Below are positions 39,893 through 48,664 of a stretch of 64,000 nt of DNA, piece by piece. The notes below the pieces were generated by a model. The model was not told the origin of the DNA. It did not search any database and was given only the letters and a program-made list of their open reading frames with translations. The stretch is taken from NCBI GenBank assembly GCA_934162445.1, contig CAKPIT010000002.1, forward strand, positions 11,101-75,100, read 5' to 3'. Source of the DNA: an uncultured Bacilli bacterium. GTDB taxonomy: Bacteria > Bacillota_I > Bacilli_A > RF39 > UBA660. The translations under genes were made by a program, and so were the position numbers. The first letter of the stretch is position 1; each line of letters opens with the position of its first letter.

Positions 39893-41809
39893 ATGGAAGA
39901 TAAAAAATATGATTCATCAGCAATACAAGTATTAGAAGGGTTGGAAGCAGTTAGAAAAAGACCCGGAATGTATATTGGAACTACTAGTTCAAGAGGTCTT
40001 CATCATTTGGTATGGGAGATTGTTGATAATGCTATTGATGAAGCATTAGCTGGTTTTTGTACGCATATTGAGGTTACAATTAATAGAGATAATAGTATAA
40101 CAGTAAAGGATGATGGTAGAGGTATTCCTGTGGATATTCATCCAAAAACAGGTAAAAGTACAGTAGAAACGGTTTATACAGTGCTTCATGCTGGTGGTAA
40201 ATTTGGAGGAGGCGGGTATAAAGTCTCTGGTGGTTTACATGGTGTTGGAGCTAGTGTTGTTAATGCTTTATCTGATTGGTTAGAAGTAAGAGTATATAAA
40301 AATGGTCAAGTTTATTATCAAAGATATCAAACAGGTGGTCATCCTATAGAACCTTTGAAAGTAATAGGTAGTTGTGATGTTAATAGAACAGGAACAACGG
40401 TTACATTTAAGCCAGATGATCAAATTTTTACGGAAACTACAGTCTATGATTATGATATATTAAAAACAAGACTTAGAGAATTAGCCTTTTTAAATAAAGG
40501 TCTTAGAATAACTTTATATGATGATAGGGAAAATCAGAGAAAAGATACTTTTTGTTATGAAGGTGGAATTAGAGAATATGTAGAAATGCTTAATAAAAAT
40601 AAGAATCCTATTCATGACACAATTGTTGATGTTAGTGGAAGTATGAATGATATTTCTGTTGAGGTTGCACTTCAATATAATGAATCATATAATGCTAGTA
40701 TTTATTCTTTTGTTAATAATATTACGACGCCGGAAGGTGGTACTCATGAGGATGGGGTAAGACGGGCATTAACAAGGGTTTTGAATAAGTATGCTGTTAA
40801 TAATAATTTTTTGAAAGATAAAGATACTCCTTTGACTGGTGATGATGTTAGAGAAGGTCTTACAATGATTATATCTGTTAAACATCCTAATCCACAATTT
40901 GAAGGACAAACTAAGACAAAGCTTGGTAATAGTGAGGTTAGGGGTATTGCTGATAAGATTTTTTCTGAGGCTTTTGAAAGATTTTTACTTGAAAATCCAA
41001 ATGAGGCAAAGGTTATTATTGAAAAAGCAATGACGGCCTCAAGAGCAAGGGTAGCGGCTAAAAAGGCGAGAGAACTTACAAGGCGTAAGGGAGATTTGGA
41101 TGTTACTAATTTTTATGGTAAGTTGTCTGATTGTAAGAGCAAAGATGCTAGTATTAGTGAAATATTTTTAGTAGAAGGAGATTCAGCTGGTGGTTCTGCT
41201 ATTAAAGGTCGTGATAGTATGACTCAAGCAATTTTACCATTACGTGGTAAGATTTTAAATGTTGAAAAAGCAAGACTTGATAGAGCTTTATCTAATGAAG
41301 AAATAAGAACAATTATTACAGCTTTTGGAACAGGAATTGGTGAAGAGTTTGATCTTTCTAAACTTAGATATCATAAAATAATAATTATGACTGATGCCGA
41401 TGTTGATGGATCACATATTAGAGTATTGTTATTAACTTTATTTTATCGCTTTTTTAAACCAATTGTAGAAGCAGGTCATGTGTATGCTGCTCAACCCCCT
41501 CTTTTTGTTATAAAACATGGTAAAACAATAAAATATGTTTTAAATGAACAAGAACGTGATGAATATTTAGCTACTTTAGCGCCAAACACAAAGTATGAAA
41601 TTGCTCGTATGAAAGGTTTGGGAGAGATGGATGCTGAAGAGTTAAATGAAACAACAATGGATATTCACAAAAGAGTACTTAGACAAATAACAATTGATGA
41701 TGCGGTTGCTGCTGATGAAGTCTTTTCTCAATTAATGGGTGAAGAAGTGGCTCCACGTAGGGAATTTATTGAAACTAATGCTACTTATGTGGAAAATTTG
41801 GATGTATAG
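39893..41809 (+). CDS. gyrB: DNA gyrase subunit B
   Basis: GHKL ATPase and Toprim (EGDSAGG) motifs; 638 aa. Confidence 0.98.
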   Translation: MEDKKYDSSAIQVLEGLEAVRKRPGMYIGTTSSRGLHHLVWEIVDNAIDEALAGFCTHIEVTINRDNSITVKDDGRGIPVDIHPKTGKSTVETVYTVLHAGGKFGGGGYKVSGGLHGVGASVVNALSDWLEVRVYKNGQVYYQRYQTGGHPIEPLKVIGSCDVNRTGTTVTFKPDDQIFTETTVYDYDILKTRLRELAFLNKGLRITLYDDRENQRKDTFCYEGGIREYVEMLNKNKNPIHDTIVDVSGSMNDISVEVALQYNESYNASIYSFVNNITTPEGGTHEDGVRRALTRVLNKYAVNNNFLKDKDTPLTGDDVREGLTMIISVKHPNPQFEGQTKTKLGNSEVRGIADKIFSEAFERFLLENPNEAKVIIEKAMTASRARVAAKKARELTRRKGDLDVTNFYGKLSDCKSKDASISEIFLVEGDSAGGSAIKGRDSMTQAILPLRGKILNVEKARLDRALSNEEIRTIITAFGTGIGEEFDLSKLRYHKIIIMTDADVDGSHIRVLLLTLFYRFFKPIVEAGHVYAAQPPLFVIKHGKTIKYVLNEQERDEYLATLAPNTKYEIARMKGLGEMDAEELNETTMDIHKRVLRQITIDDAVAADEVFSQLMGEEVAPRREFIETNATYVENLDV

Positions 41810-41821
41810 GAGGTATTATTA

Positions 41822-44266
41822 ATGGATAGATTAGAACAAAATAATATAGTTAAAGAAGTTAAAGATTCGTTTTTGGAATATTCAATGAGTGTTATTGTGG
41901 CAAGGGCTTTACCGGATCTTAGAGATGGTTTAAAACCTGTTCATAGACGGATTTTATATTCAATGTATGAATCTGGTTATACTCCTGATAAACCTCATAA
42001 GAAAAGTGCTAAAACAGTTGGAGAAGTTATGGGTAATTATCATCCACATGGTGATTCTAGTATTTATGAGGCGATGGTAAGAATGGCTCAAGATTTCTCT
42101 TATCGATATATGTTAATAGATGGTCATGGAAATTTTGGTAATATAGAAGGATATGGTGCTGCAGCAATGCGGTATACAGAGGCTCGTTTATCTAAGATTT
42201 CTTTGGAACTTTTGAAAAACATTAATAAAAATACAGTAAATTTTGTTCCTAATTTTGATGAAACTACTAAGGAACCTGAAGTTTTACCATCAAGATTTCC
42301 GAATATTTTGGTAAATGGAACAACAGGAATAGCTGTTGGTATGGCTACTAATATTCCACCACATAATTTACGAGAGGTTATTGATGGTTGTGTAGCTTAT
42401 ATAGATAATCCTGAAATTGATGTTGATGGATTGATGCAGTATATAAAAGGTCCTGATTTTCCAACGGGAGCATCTATTTTAGGTAATAGTGGAATTAGGA
42501 AAGCTTATGAAACAGGGCGTGGAACTATTACGATAAGGAGTAAAGCACAAATTGAGGAAGTTAATGGTAGACAGCATATTATTATTGATGAGGTTCCTTA
42601 TGGTGTTAATACTTTGGAGTTAAAAAATAAAGTTGCTGAACTTGTTCATAATAAAACTATTGAGGGAATAGCTGATTATCATTCTGATTTGAAAAATGGA
42701 ATTAAAATAACTATTACTTTAAAGAAGGATGCTAATGCTCAAGTTGTTTTAAATAAGTTATATAAACATACTCAATTTCAAACAACTTATGGAATCATTT
42801 TCTTAATGCTTGATCAAGGAGTTCCTAAGACTTTAGGACTTAAAGATATTATTTCTAAATATATTGATTATCAAAAGGAAATAATTATTAGAAGAACGAA
42901 GTTTGATTTGGATAATGCTTTAAAAAGAGTACACATCTTAGAAGGCCTTAAAATAGCCCTAGATCACATAGACGCTGTTATTAAGCTAATTAGAGGGTCT
43001 AAGTCTGATGATGAAGCTAGAAAGGGCTTAATGGGGCAATTTGGGCTATCTGAGATTCAAGCTAATGCTATTTTGGAAATGAAGTTAAGAAGATTAACAG
43101 GATTAGAACGTGAAAAGATTGAAAATGAGTTAGCTGATTTATTAAAACTTATTGAAGAATTGGAATCTATTTTAAATAGTAATGAAAAGGTATTAAATGT
43201 TATTAAAACTGAATTATTGGAAATAAAGGATAAATATGGTGATGATAGACGGACAAATATTGATATGACGGCTATTGAGTATATTGAAGATGAATCTTTA
43301 ATTCCAGTTGAAGATATTATTGTAACATTGACTAATAATGGTTATGTTAAGAGAATGCGGGCTGATACTTATAAAGCTCAAAATAGAGGTGGCGTTGGTA
43401 TTAAAGGTATGGCTACTAATGAAGAGGATTTTGTTAAACATTTGATTTCTATGAAGACTCACGATTATATATTATTCTTCTCAAATAAAGGACGCGTATA
43501 TAGATTAAAGGGTTACGAAATACCAGAATTTAGTAGACAATCTAAAGGTTTACCAATAGTTAATTTATTATCGTTAGAACAAGATGAAAACATTAGTTCG
43601 ATAGTATGTTTAGATCCTTCTGTGGAAAACTATAAATATTTGTTGTTTGTAACACGAAATGGTTTGGTTAAACGTACAGAAATCAACGAATTTGATAGTA
43701 TTAGAAAGAGTGGAAAAATTGCTATTATTTTAAAAGAAAACGATGAATTAATTGTTGTGGATAAGACCACTGGTGAAAACGAGATAGTAATTGGCGCTAG
43801 TAATGGACGAATGGTTCGATTTGTGGAAAACGAAATTAGAGCAATGGGACGTGGTACTTCTGGTGTTAAAGGTATTGAGTTAGATGGTAGTATAGTTGTT
43901 GGTGCTAATGTTATTAAATCTGAAACTCAAGAGATTATGATTGTTACTGATAATGGTTATGGTAAAAAGAGTTCTATTGAAGAATATAGATTAACACATC
44001 GTGGTAGTAAAGGAGTCAAGGCTCTTAATTTAACAGAAAAGAATGGAAATATGATTTCTTTAAATGTTGTGGATAAAGGTTCTGATGAAGAACACGACAT
44101 AATGATTATTACAGACAGTGGAATAATTATGAGAATGCCAATGACTCAAGTTTCTACGTTAAAAAGAGCAACACAAGGAGTAAGGTTGATAAACTTGAGA
44201 GATAATCAAAAAGTTTCTACTGTTACAATTGTGGAAAAAGAAAATTCAGATGATACAGAAGAATGA
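41822..44266 (+). CDS. gyrA: DNA gyrase subunit A
   Basis: AAMRYTE active-site Tyr region; GyrA-box-type beta-pinwheel CTD; 814 aa. Confidence 0.98.
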   Translation: MDRLEQNNIVKEVKDSFLEYSMSVIVARALPDLRDGLKPVHRRILYSMYESGYTPDKPHKKSAKTVGEVMGNYHPHGDSSIYEAMVRMAQDFSYRYMLIDGHGNFGNIEGYGAAAMRYTEARLSKISLELLKNINKNTVNFVPNFDETTKEPEVLPSRFPNILVNGTTGIAVGMATNIPPHNLREVIDGCVAYIDNPEIDVDGLMQYIKGPDFPTGASILGNSGIRKAYETGRGTITIRSKAQIEEVNGRQHIIIDEVPYGVNTLELKNKVAELVHNKTIEGIADYHSDLKNGIKITITLKKDANAQVVLNKLYKHTQFQTTYGIIFLMLDQGVPKTLGLKDIISKYIDYQKEIIIRRTKFDLDNALKRVHILEGLKIALDHIDAVIKLIRGSKSDDEARKGLMGQFGLSEIQANAILEMKLRRLTGLEREKIENELADLLKLIEELESILNSNEKVLNVIKTELLEIKDKYGDDRRTNIDMTAIEYIEDESLIPVEDIIVTLTNNGYVKRMRADTYKAQNRGGVGIKGMATNEEDFVKHLISMKTHDYILFFSNKGRVYRLKGYEIPEFSRQSKGLPIVNLLSLEQDENISSIVCLDPSVENYKYLLFVTRNGLVKRTEINEFDSIRKSGKIAIILKENDELIVVDKTTGENEIVIGASNGRMVRFVENEIRAMGRGTSGVKGIELDGSIVVGANVIKSETQEIMIVTDNGYGKKSSIEEYRLTHRGSKGVKALNLTEKNGNMISLNVVDKGSDEEHDIMIITDSGIIMRMPMTQVSTLKRATQGVRLINLRDNQKVSTVTIVEKENSDDTEE

Positions 44267-44287
44267 TTAAAAATCATTCTTTTTTTA
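44260..44287 (+). terminator. Intrinsic terminator after gyrA
   Basis: agaatgatt-aaaa-atcattct followed by a T-run. Confidence 0.75.
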
Positions 44288-44293
44288 TAAAAT

Positions 44294-44309
44294 TATTTCC
44301 CGGGAAATA
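44294..44309. promoter_or_regulatory. NBS-1 (Noc-binding-site palindrome)
   Basis: TATTTCCCGGGAAATA; palindromy extends to 28 bp (taaaattatttcccgggaaataatttta). Confidence 0.8.
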
Positions 44310-44379
44310 ATTTTAATTCATAATTTATATATAAAATTTAATAGTTGTTAAATTTCTAATAGTTTATATGTTTAAATAA

Positions 44380-44395
44380 TGTTTCACGTGAAACA
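44380..44395. promoter_or_regulatory. parS-1
   Basis: TGTTTCACGTGAAACA, a perfect 16-bp palindrome. Confidence 0.85.
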
Positions 44396-44525
44396 ATGAT
44401 ATATAATAAATTATAATTACTCTTTCTAAAAAAGCGATTGCCGTTTAATTTAGAAAAATTTGAGATGAAAATTATTATGACTTTATGTACAGAAACACAA
44501 TTTATTCTTAAAAAATCAAAAAAAT

Positions 44526-44541
44526 TATTTCCCGGGAAATA
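44526..44541. promoter_or_regulatory. NBS-2
   Basis: TATTTCCCGGGAAATA. Confidence 0.8.
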
Positions 44542-44583
44542 ATCTTGAATTATAAGTTGTTAATATTTTCCATTTTTGAATAA

Positions 44584-44599
44584 TGTTTCACGTGAAACA
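44584..44599. promoter_or_regulatory. parS-2
   Basis: TGTTTCACGTGAAACA; palindromy extends to 22 bp. Confidence 0.85.
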
Positions 44600-44771
44600 T
44601 TAATAATATGTAATGAAACATCACTTATTTATGGTTAGTAAATATGTATATCTACTTATATGTTTTCATAAAGTTTTTTTTTAGATTGTAAAATTTTGTA
44701 ATAAAATGTATGTAAAAAATATAATGATTTAAAAAAATGGTATCGCTTTATTGATAAAATAAGCGAAAAAT

Positions 44772-44787
44772 TATTTCCCGGGAAATA
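44772..44787. promoter_or_regulatory. NBS-3
   Basis: TATTTCCCGGGAAATA; palindromy extends to 28 bp. Confidence 0.8.
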
Positions 44788-44849
44788 ATTTTTTAATATA
44801 TATATGACTTATAACTATAAATCTGTTGATATATTCTATTTTTTAATAA

Positions 44850-44865
44850 TGTTTCACGTGAAACA
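44850..44865. promoter_or_regulatory. parS-3
   Basis: TGTTTCACGTGAAACA; palindromy extends to 30 bp (ttaataatgtttcacgtgaaacattattaa). Confidence 0.85.
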
Positions 44866-44969
44866 TTATTAACGATTAATGCGACGTATATTATGATATA
44901 TAGATAATTAGTGGTTAAAATTATGATTAAATTGTGTGAATTTTGATTCTTTATTATATTAGTTAAAAT

Positions 44970-44985
44970 TATTTCCCGGGAAATA
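44970..44985. promoter_or_regulatory. NBS-4
   Basis: TATTTCCCGGGAAATA; palindromy extends to 28 bp. Confidence 0.8.
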
Positions 44986-45042
44986 ATTTTAAATTAATAA
45001 ATGATTTCTTTAATTGTTTCTTATATAGGTATTGTGAGCAAG

Positions 45043-45058
45043 TATTCCCTGTGAAACA
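45043..45058. promoter_or_regulatory. Hybrid/degenerate site: NBS-like left half + perfect parS right half
   Basis: TATTCCCT|GTGAAACA, in the slot where a parS is expected after NBS-4. Confidence 0.5.
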
Positions 45059-45139
45059 TATTATACTGGTTATTAAATATCTTTAAAATTAGCAAGAATA
45101 CTTTGTGTTTTATAGTTTGTTTAAAAATATATACTTTAA

Positions 45140-45155
45140 TGTTTCACGTGAAACA
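45140..45155. promoter_or_regulatory. parS-4
   Basis: TGTTTCACGTGAAACA; palindromy extends to 26 bp. Confidence 0.85.
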
Positions 45156-45165
45156 TTAAAAAAAT

Positions 45166-45181
45166 TATTTCCCGGGAAATA
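45166..45181. promoter_or_regulatory. NBS-5
   Basis: TATTTCCCGGGAAATA, 10 bp after parS-4 and 4 bp before the -35 of the SRP RNA promoter. Confidence 0.8.
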
Positions 45182-45185
45182 ATTC

Positions 45186-45213
45186 TTGCATTATAATTTT
45201 AATATGGTATAAT
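45186..45213 (+). promoter_or_regulatory. SigA-type promoter of the SRP RNA gene
   Basis: TTGCAT, 16-nt spacer, TGgTATAAT (extended -10). Confidence 0.8.
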
Positions 45214-45219
45214 TTATTT

Positions 45220-45298
45220 GTGCAATAGATTTGTTTGGAATCAGGTCAGGATGGAAACATAGCAGCCTTAACAAATTTAATCTATGTGCACTTTTTTT
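45220..45298 (+). ncRNA. ffs: Small (4.5S-type) signal recognition particle RNA
   Basis: GTGCAATAGATTTGTT pairs with AACAAATTTAATCTATGTGCAC. The apex is TCAGGTCAGG-AUG-GAAA-CAU-AGCAGCC, i.e. the helix-8 AGG/AGCA loops and a GNRA tetraloop. A U-run follows. Confidence 0.85.
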
Positions 45299-45329
45299 AT
45301 TAGAAAAATATATTGATGGTGGTGATAGA

Positions 45330-45773
45330 ATGAATAATATATATATGCAAAAAGCTGTGGAAGAAGCTAAGAAAGCTTATAAACATAATGAAGTACCAGT
45401 TGGTGCAGTTATTGTTAAAAATAATAAAATTATTGCTAAATCTTATAATAAAAAAGAAAAGAAAAAGTGTGCTATTTACCATGCTGAAATTGATGCAATA
45501 AAAAAAGCTGCAAAAGGCCTTGGAAATTGGCGATTAAATGGTTGTGAAATGTATGTTACTTTAGAACCTTGTCCTATGTGTGCTAGTGCTATTAAACAAA
45601 GTAGAATAGAGAAAGTGTTTTTTTTGTTGGAAAATAAGAACAATGAAGTACATGATTTAACAATGAATATTTTATCTGTTACAGATGCTAATGCACCTGT
45701 GGAAATCGTAAAATGTGCTAATCAAGAAGAAATAAATGAATTTATTACTTTTTTTGAAAAAAAACGTAATTGA
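45330..45773 (+). CDS. tadA: tRNA-specific adenosine deaminase TadA
   Basis: EVPVGAVIV, HAEIDAI and PCPMCASA zinc motifs. The start was moved from 45231 because the upstream part overlaps the SRP RNA. Confidence 0.93.
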   Translation: MNNIYMQKAVEEAKKAYKHNEVPVGAVIVKNNKIIAKSYNKKEKKKCAIYHAEIDAIKKAAKGLGNWRLNGCEMYVTLEPCPMCASAIKQSRIEKVFFLLENKNNEVHDLTMNILSVTDANAPVEIVKCANQEEINEFITFFEKKRN

Positions 45774-45839
45774 ACAAATGTTTTGTATAACGTTTTTTTA
45801 AATATATGTTATACTATTAAATGTTAAGGAGGTAGTTTT

Positions 45840-47510
45840 ATGTATCAAGCTTTATATCGTAAGTATAGACCACTTAATTTTGATGCGGTTGTAGGACAAT
45901 CGGTGATTATTAATGCTTTAAAAAATGCTATTTTATATAATTGTATTAGTCATGCTTATTTATTTTCAGGACCACGTGGTACAGGAAAAACAACGGTAGC
46001 AAAGATATTTGCAAGATCAATTAATTGTTTAGAACCGGTTGATGGTTTAGCTTGTGGAAAATGTAATAATTGTTTATATTCTTTTTCAACTGAGTGTATG
46101 GATATTATTGAAATTGATGCTGCTTCTAATAATGGTGTTGACGAAATAAGAGAATTGCGTAGTAAGGTTGGTATTTTGCCTAGTGAATTAAAGTATAAGG
46201 TATATATCATAGATGAAGTTCATATGCTTTCTATTGGAGCTTTTAATGCTTTGCTTAAAACTATTGAAGAACCTCCGGAGCATGTTATTTTTATTCTTGC
46301 TACAACTGATCCTGAAAAGATTCCAACTACAATTATTTCAAGATGTCAGTGGTATAATTTTAAGAAAATTGATAATGTTAGCATTGTTTCTAGATTACAA
46401 GAAATAGTAGATAGTGAAAAAATTAATGTAGAGTCTGGAGTCCTTGAAAAAATAGCATCTAGTGCAGATGGCGGTTTAAGGGATGCAATAGGACTTTTGG
46501 ATAAGCTTTATGCTTATTCTCATGATGAGATATTACTTAATGACTTTTACGAGGTTAATGGGCAAATAAATGATGAAGAATTAAGTGCTTTAAAGGCGAT
46601 TATTTCTGATAATAATGTTAAATTGTTGATGGAAAAAATAGAATCTTATTATCAAAATGGTAAAAATTTAATTCAAGTAATGCGGCAGTTAATGATAAGT
46701 ATAAAGAATGATTTGTTTTCTTATTATATTAGTGATGATAATATTCAATTTGATCCTTTAGATATGATTGATTTATTAAATATTTTGAACAATAGTTTGA
46801 TGGAATTAAAAAAATCTGATGATGTTAGACTTTCTGTGGAAATCTTGTTTTTACATTATTTTGGTTTGAAACATGATAATATTACTAAAGAAAAAAATGA
46901 TGAGAGTGTTTTTTCGAAACCAAAAGTTGTGGAAAAGCCTGTTTCTTTTAAACCAATTATAAAAAATGATGAAGTTATTGATAATAGTGGCGAAGCTAAG
47001 AGATTTGAGGAAAATTTTGATTTTAATAATTTTATTAATGTAATGTTAGTTAGATCAAAAAATATAATGTTGAAGGCATCAAAAGATGAATTAAATAAGG
47101 CTTTGAATAATAATAACATTTTTAAAGGTTCAACTTTTGATAAGACTACAGGATATTTAGCTTGTGAAATACTTGATGGTCATATTAGAGCGGCTAGTGT
47201 TGATGGAATAATAATAAGTTTTGATTATGAATCAATGGTAGAAAAAATGGCTAGTCATTTTGATATTTTGAATAATTATTATCAAAAAATGATAGGAAGT
47301 TCACAGAAAATTGCTATTATTACAAATGAGCGGTGGAGTGAACTTAAGGGAGAATATATTGAATTGAAAAGAGAGGGTAAATCTTTTGAATATCAAGATG
47401 AGCCAGTCTTGAATAAAACTGTTAATAATGATAAAATTGAGGAAACAATATCATCTAATTATATTGATGAAGTTAAAGAGATGTTTGGTGATATTGTGGA
47501 AATAAAATAA
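45840..47510 (+). CDS. dnaX: DNA polymerase III subunit tau/gamma
   Basis: GPRGTGKTT, zinc module CGKCNNC, SRCQ. Confidence 0.96.
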   Translation: MYQALYRKYRPLNFDAVVGQSVIINALKNAILYNCISHAYLFSGPRGTGKTTVAKIFARSINCLEPVDGLACGKCNNCLYSFSTECMDIIEIDAASNNGVDEIRELRSKVGILPSELKYKVYIIDEVHMLSIGAFNALLKTIEEPPEHVIFILATTDPEKIPTTIISRCQWYNFKKIDNVSIVSRLQEIVDSEKINVESGVLEKIASSADGGLRDAIGLLDKLYAYSHDEILLNDFYEVNGQINDEELSALKAIISDNNVKLLMEKIESYYQNGKNLIQVMRQLMISIKNDLFSYYISDDNIQFDPLDMIDLLNILNNSLMELKKSDDVRLSVEILFLHYFGLKHDNITKEKNDESVFSKPKVVEKPVSFKPIIKNDEVIDNSGEAKRFEENFDFNNFINVMLVRSKNIMLKASKDELNKALNNNNIFKGSTFDKTTGYLACEILDGHIRAASVDGIIISFDYESMVEKMASHFDILNNYYQKMIGSSQKIAIITNERWSELKGEYIELKREGKSFEYQDEPVLNKTVNNDKIEETISSNYIDEVKEMFGDIVEIK

Positions 47511-47527
47511 TAAAGGAGAGATAAAAT

Positions 47528-47824
47528 ATGAATATGCAAGCTATGATGCGTCAGGCTCAAAAAATACAAAAAGATATGATGGATATTAAAGAACAAATAG
47601 ATAAAATGGAGTTTTCAGCTACTAATTCTTTAGTTACTGTTAAAGTAAATGGTCAAAAAGAGTTACTTGAAGTTAGTATTGAAAAAGATGAAAATTTTTC
47701 TTCTGATGATTTAGAAATGTTACAAGATATGATTGTTATTGCTACTAATGATGCTTTTAAACAAGTTGATAAAATAACAGAGGAAAAAATGGGCCGTTTT
47801 GCTTCTGTTCCGGGTATGTTTTAA
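47528..47824 (+). CDS. ybaB: Nucleoid-associated protein YbaB/EbfC
   Basis: MMRQAQKIQKDMMDIKEQ...; dnaX-ybaB-recR synteny. Confidence 0.93.
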   Translation: MNMQAMMRQAQKIQKDMMDIKEQIDKMEFSATNSLVTVKVNGQKELLEVSIEKDENFSSDDLEMLQDMIVIATNDAFKQVDKITEEKMGRFASVPGMF

Positions 47825-48420
47825 TGTATCCAGAAAGTTTAAAAAATTTAGTAGATAGCTTTCAAAGTTTTCCCGGGATAGGGGAAAAAACAGCTGAACG
47901 AATGGCTCTTGCTGTTTTGAATTTTGATGAAGAAAGGTTTTCTTTATTACAAGAAAATTTAAAGGATGTTAAGAAAAATATTCATAAATGTCCATTGTGT
48001 AATTGTCTTACGGATAAAGATATTTGTCTTGTTTGTGATTCTGATGTGCGAAATAGGGATACTATTTGTGTTGTTGAAGATCCGAAAATTGTTTTTCTTT
48101 TTGAAAAACTAGGAACATATAAAGGATTGTATCATGTTATTAATGGTTTGATTTCTCCACTTGATGATATTAATCCTGAAAATATTGGATTGGAAAGTTT
48201 AATAAATAGAATTAGTAATAATAATATTAAAGAGGTAATACTTGCTTTTAAGCCGAGTGTTGAAGGGGAAATAACAGCTCTTTATATAAAAAAAATACTA
48301 GAAGGTATTAATGTTGTAGTTACTAGGTTGGCAAGTGGAGTACCAATTGGGGCTGATATGGAATATATTGATGCTTTAACTCTTGAAAGAGCATTAGAAG
48401 ATAGAAAAGAATTGTCATAA
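47824..48420 (+). CDS. recR: Recombination protein RecR
   Basis: FPGIGEKTAERMA HhH, C4 zinc finger, Toprim. Confidence 0.96.
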   Translation: MYPESLKNLVDSFQSFPGIGEKTAERMALAVLNFDEERFSLLQENLKDVKKNIHKCPLCNCLTDKDICLVCDSDVRNRDTICVVEDPKIVFLFEKLGTYKGLYHVINGLISPLDDINPENIGLESLINRISNNNIKEVILAFKPSVEGEITALYIKKILEGINVVVTRLASGVPIGADMEYIDALTLERALEDRKELS

Positions 48421-48458
48421 ACTAAAGTTAATAATCATATTTTTTATTAGGTGTTTTT

Positions 48459-48647
48459 ATGATAAAAAAAATATGGCAGTTATTAAGAAAATTGATTATT
48501 AGTATTTTTATTCTTTATGGTTATAATTTAATTGCTGTTAAATTTAATTTAGTTATTCCAATTAATTTTATAACAATACCGGCGGTGGCCTTTTTTGGAT
48601 TTCCAATGCTTTTTGTTTTAGTTTTGATGAGGGTATTGATTTTTTAG
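48459..48647 (+). CDS. bofA: BofA-like small membrane protein (pro-sigma-K processing inhibitor family)
   Basis: 62 aa with two TM segments. The C-terminal VIPINFITIPAVAFFGFPMLFVLVLM resembles the BofA tail. The position after recR matches Bacillus. Confidence 0.6.
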   Translation: MIKKIWQLLRKLIISIFILYGYNLIAVKFNLVIPINFITIPAVAFFGFPMLFVLVLMRVLIF

Positions 48648-48664
48648 AAAGGATTATTGTAGTG

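Larger units (their letters stand above)
44288..45185. repeat. Non-coding array of alternating Noc-binding-site (NBS) and parS palindromes
   Basis: 5 perfect TATTTCCCGGGAAATA, 4 perfect TGTTTCACGTGAAACA and 1 hybrid. No ORF of 60 aa or more. Spacers are AT-rich and diverged. Confidence 0.9.

Noticed and set aside
44288-45185. Repeat array read as a CRISPR locus
   Set aside because: There are two different repeat types, each a perfect self-palindrome of 16-30 bp. Spacing is irregular (26-180 bp), no repeat is 28-37 nt with a constant period, and no cas genes are nearby. The repeats match known protein-binding sites (parS and NBS) instead.
44288-45185. Repeat array read as MITEs, IS remnants or REP elements
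   Set aside because: There is no transposase. There are no terminal inverted repeats bracketing a unit, because each palindrome is self-contained. I saw no target-site duplications, and no other perfect copy of either palindrome elsewhere in the 64 kb (one partial NBS-like match in recR is listed separately). A whole-genome scan is still needed to exclude a dispersed family.
45231-45329. N-terminal 33-aa extension of the tadA ORF (MFGIRSGWKHSSLNKF...) given in the ORF track
   Set aside because: This stretch coincides with the SRP RNA hairpin and its U-run terminator. TadA homology starts at MNNIYMQKAVEEA (ATG at 45330), which is preceded by a GGTGGTGA RBS.
46888-46900. A-rich slippery-looking run (aaagaaaaaaatg) in dnaX as a gamma-subunit frameshift site
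   Set aside because: There is no downstream stem-loop or nearby out-of-frame stop context like the E. coli site. Programmed frameshifting in dnaX is not established for Firmicutes, and the run simply encodes KEKNDE.
47866-47881. NBS-like sequence gttttcccgggatagg inside recR
   Set aside because: Only the central TTTCCCGGGA matches, about 11 of 16 positions. It encodes the conserved RecR FPGIG helix-hairpin-helix motif, so the resemblance is explained by coding constraint.
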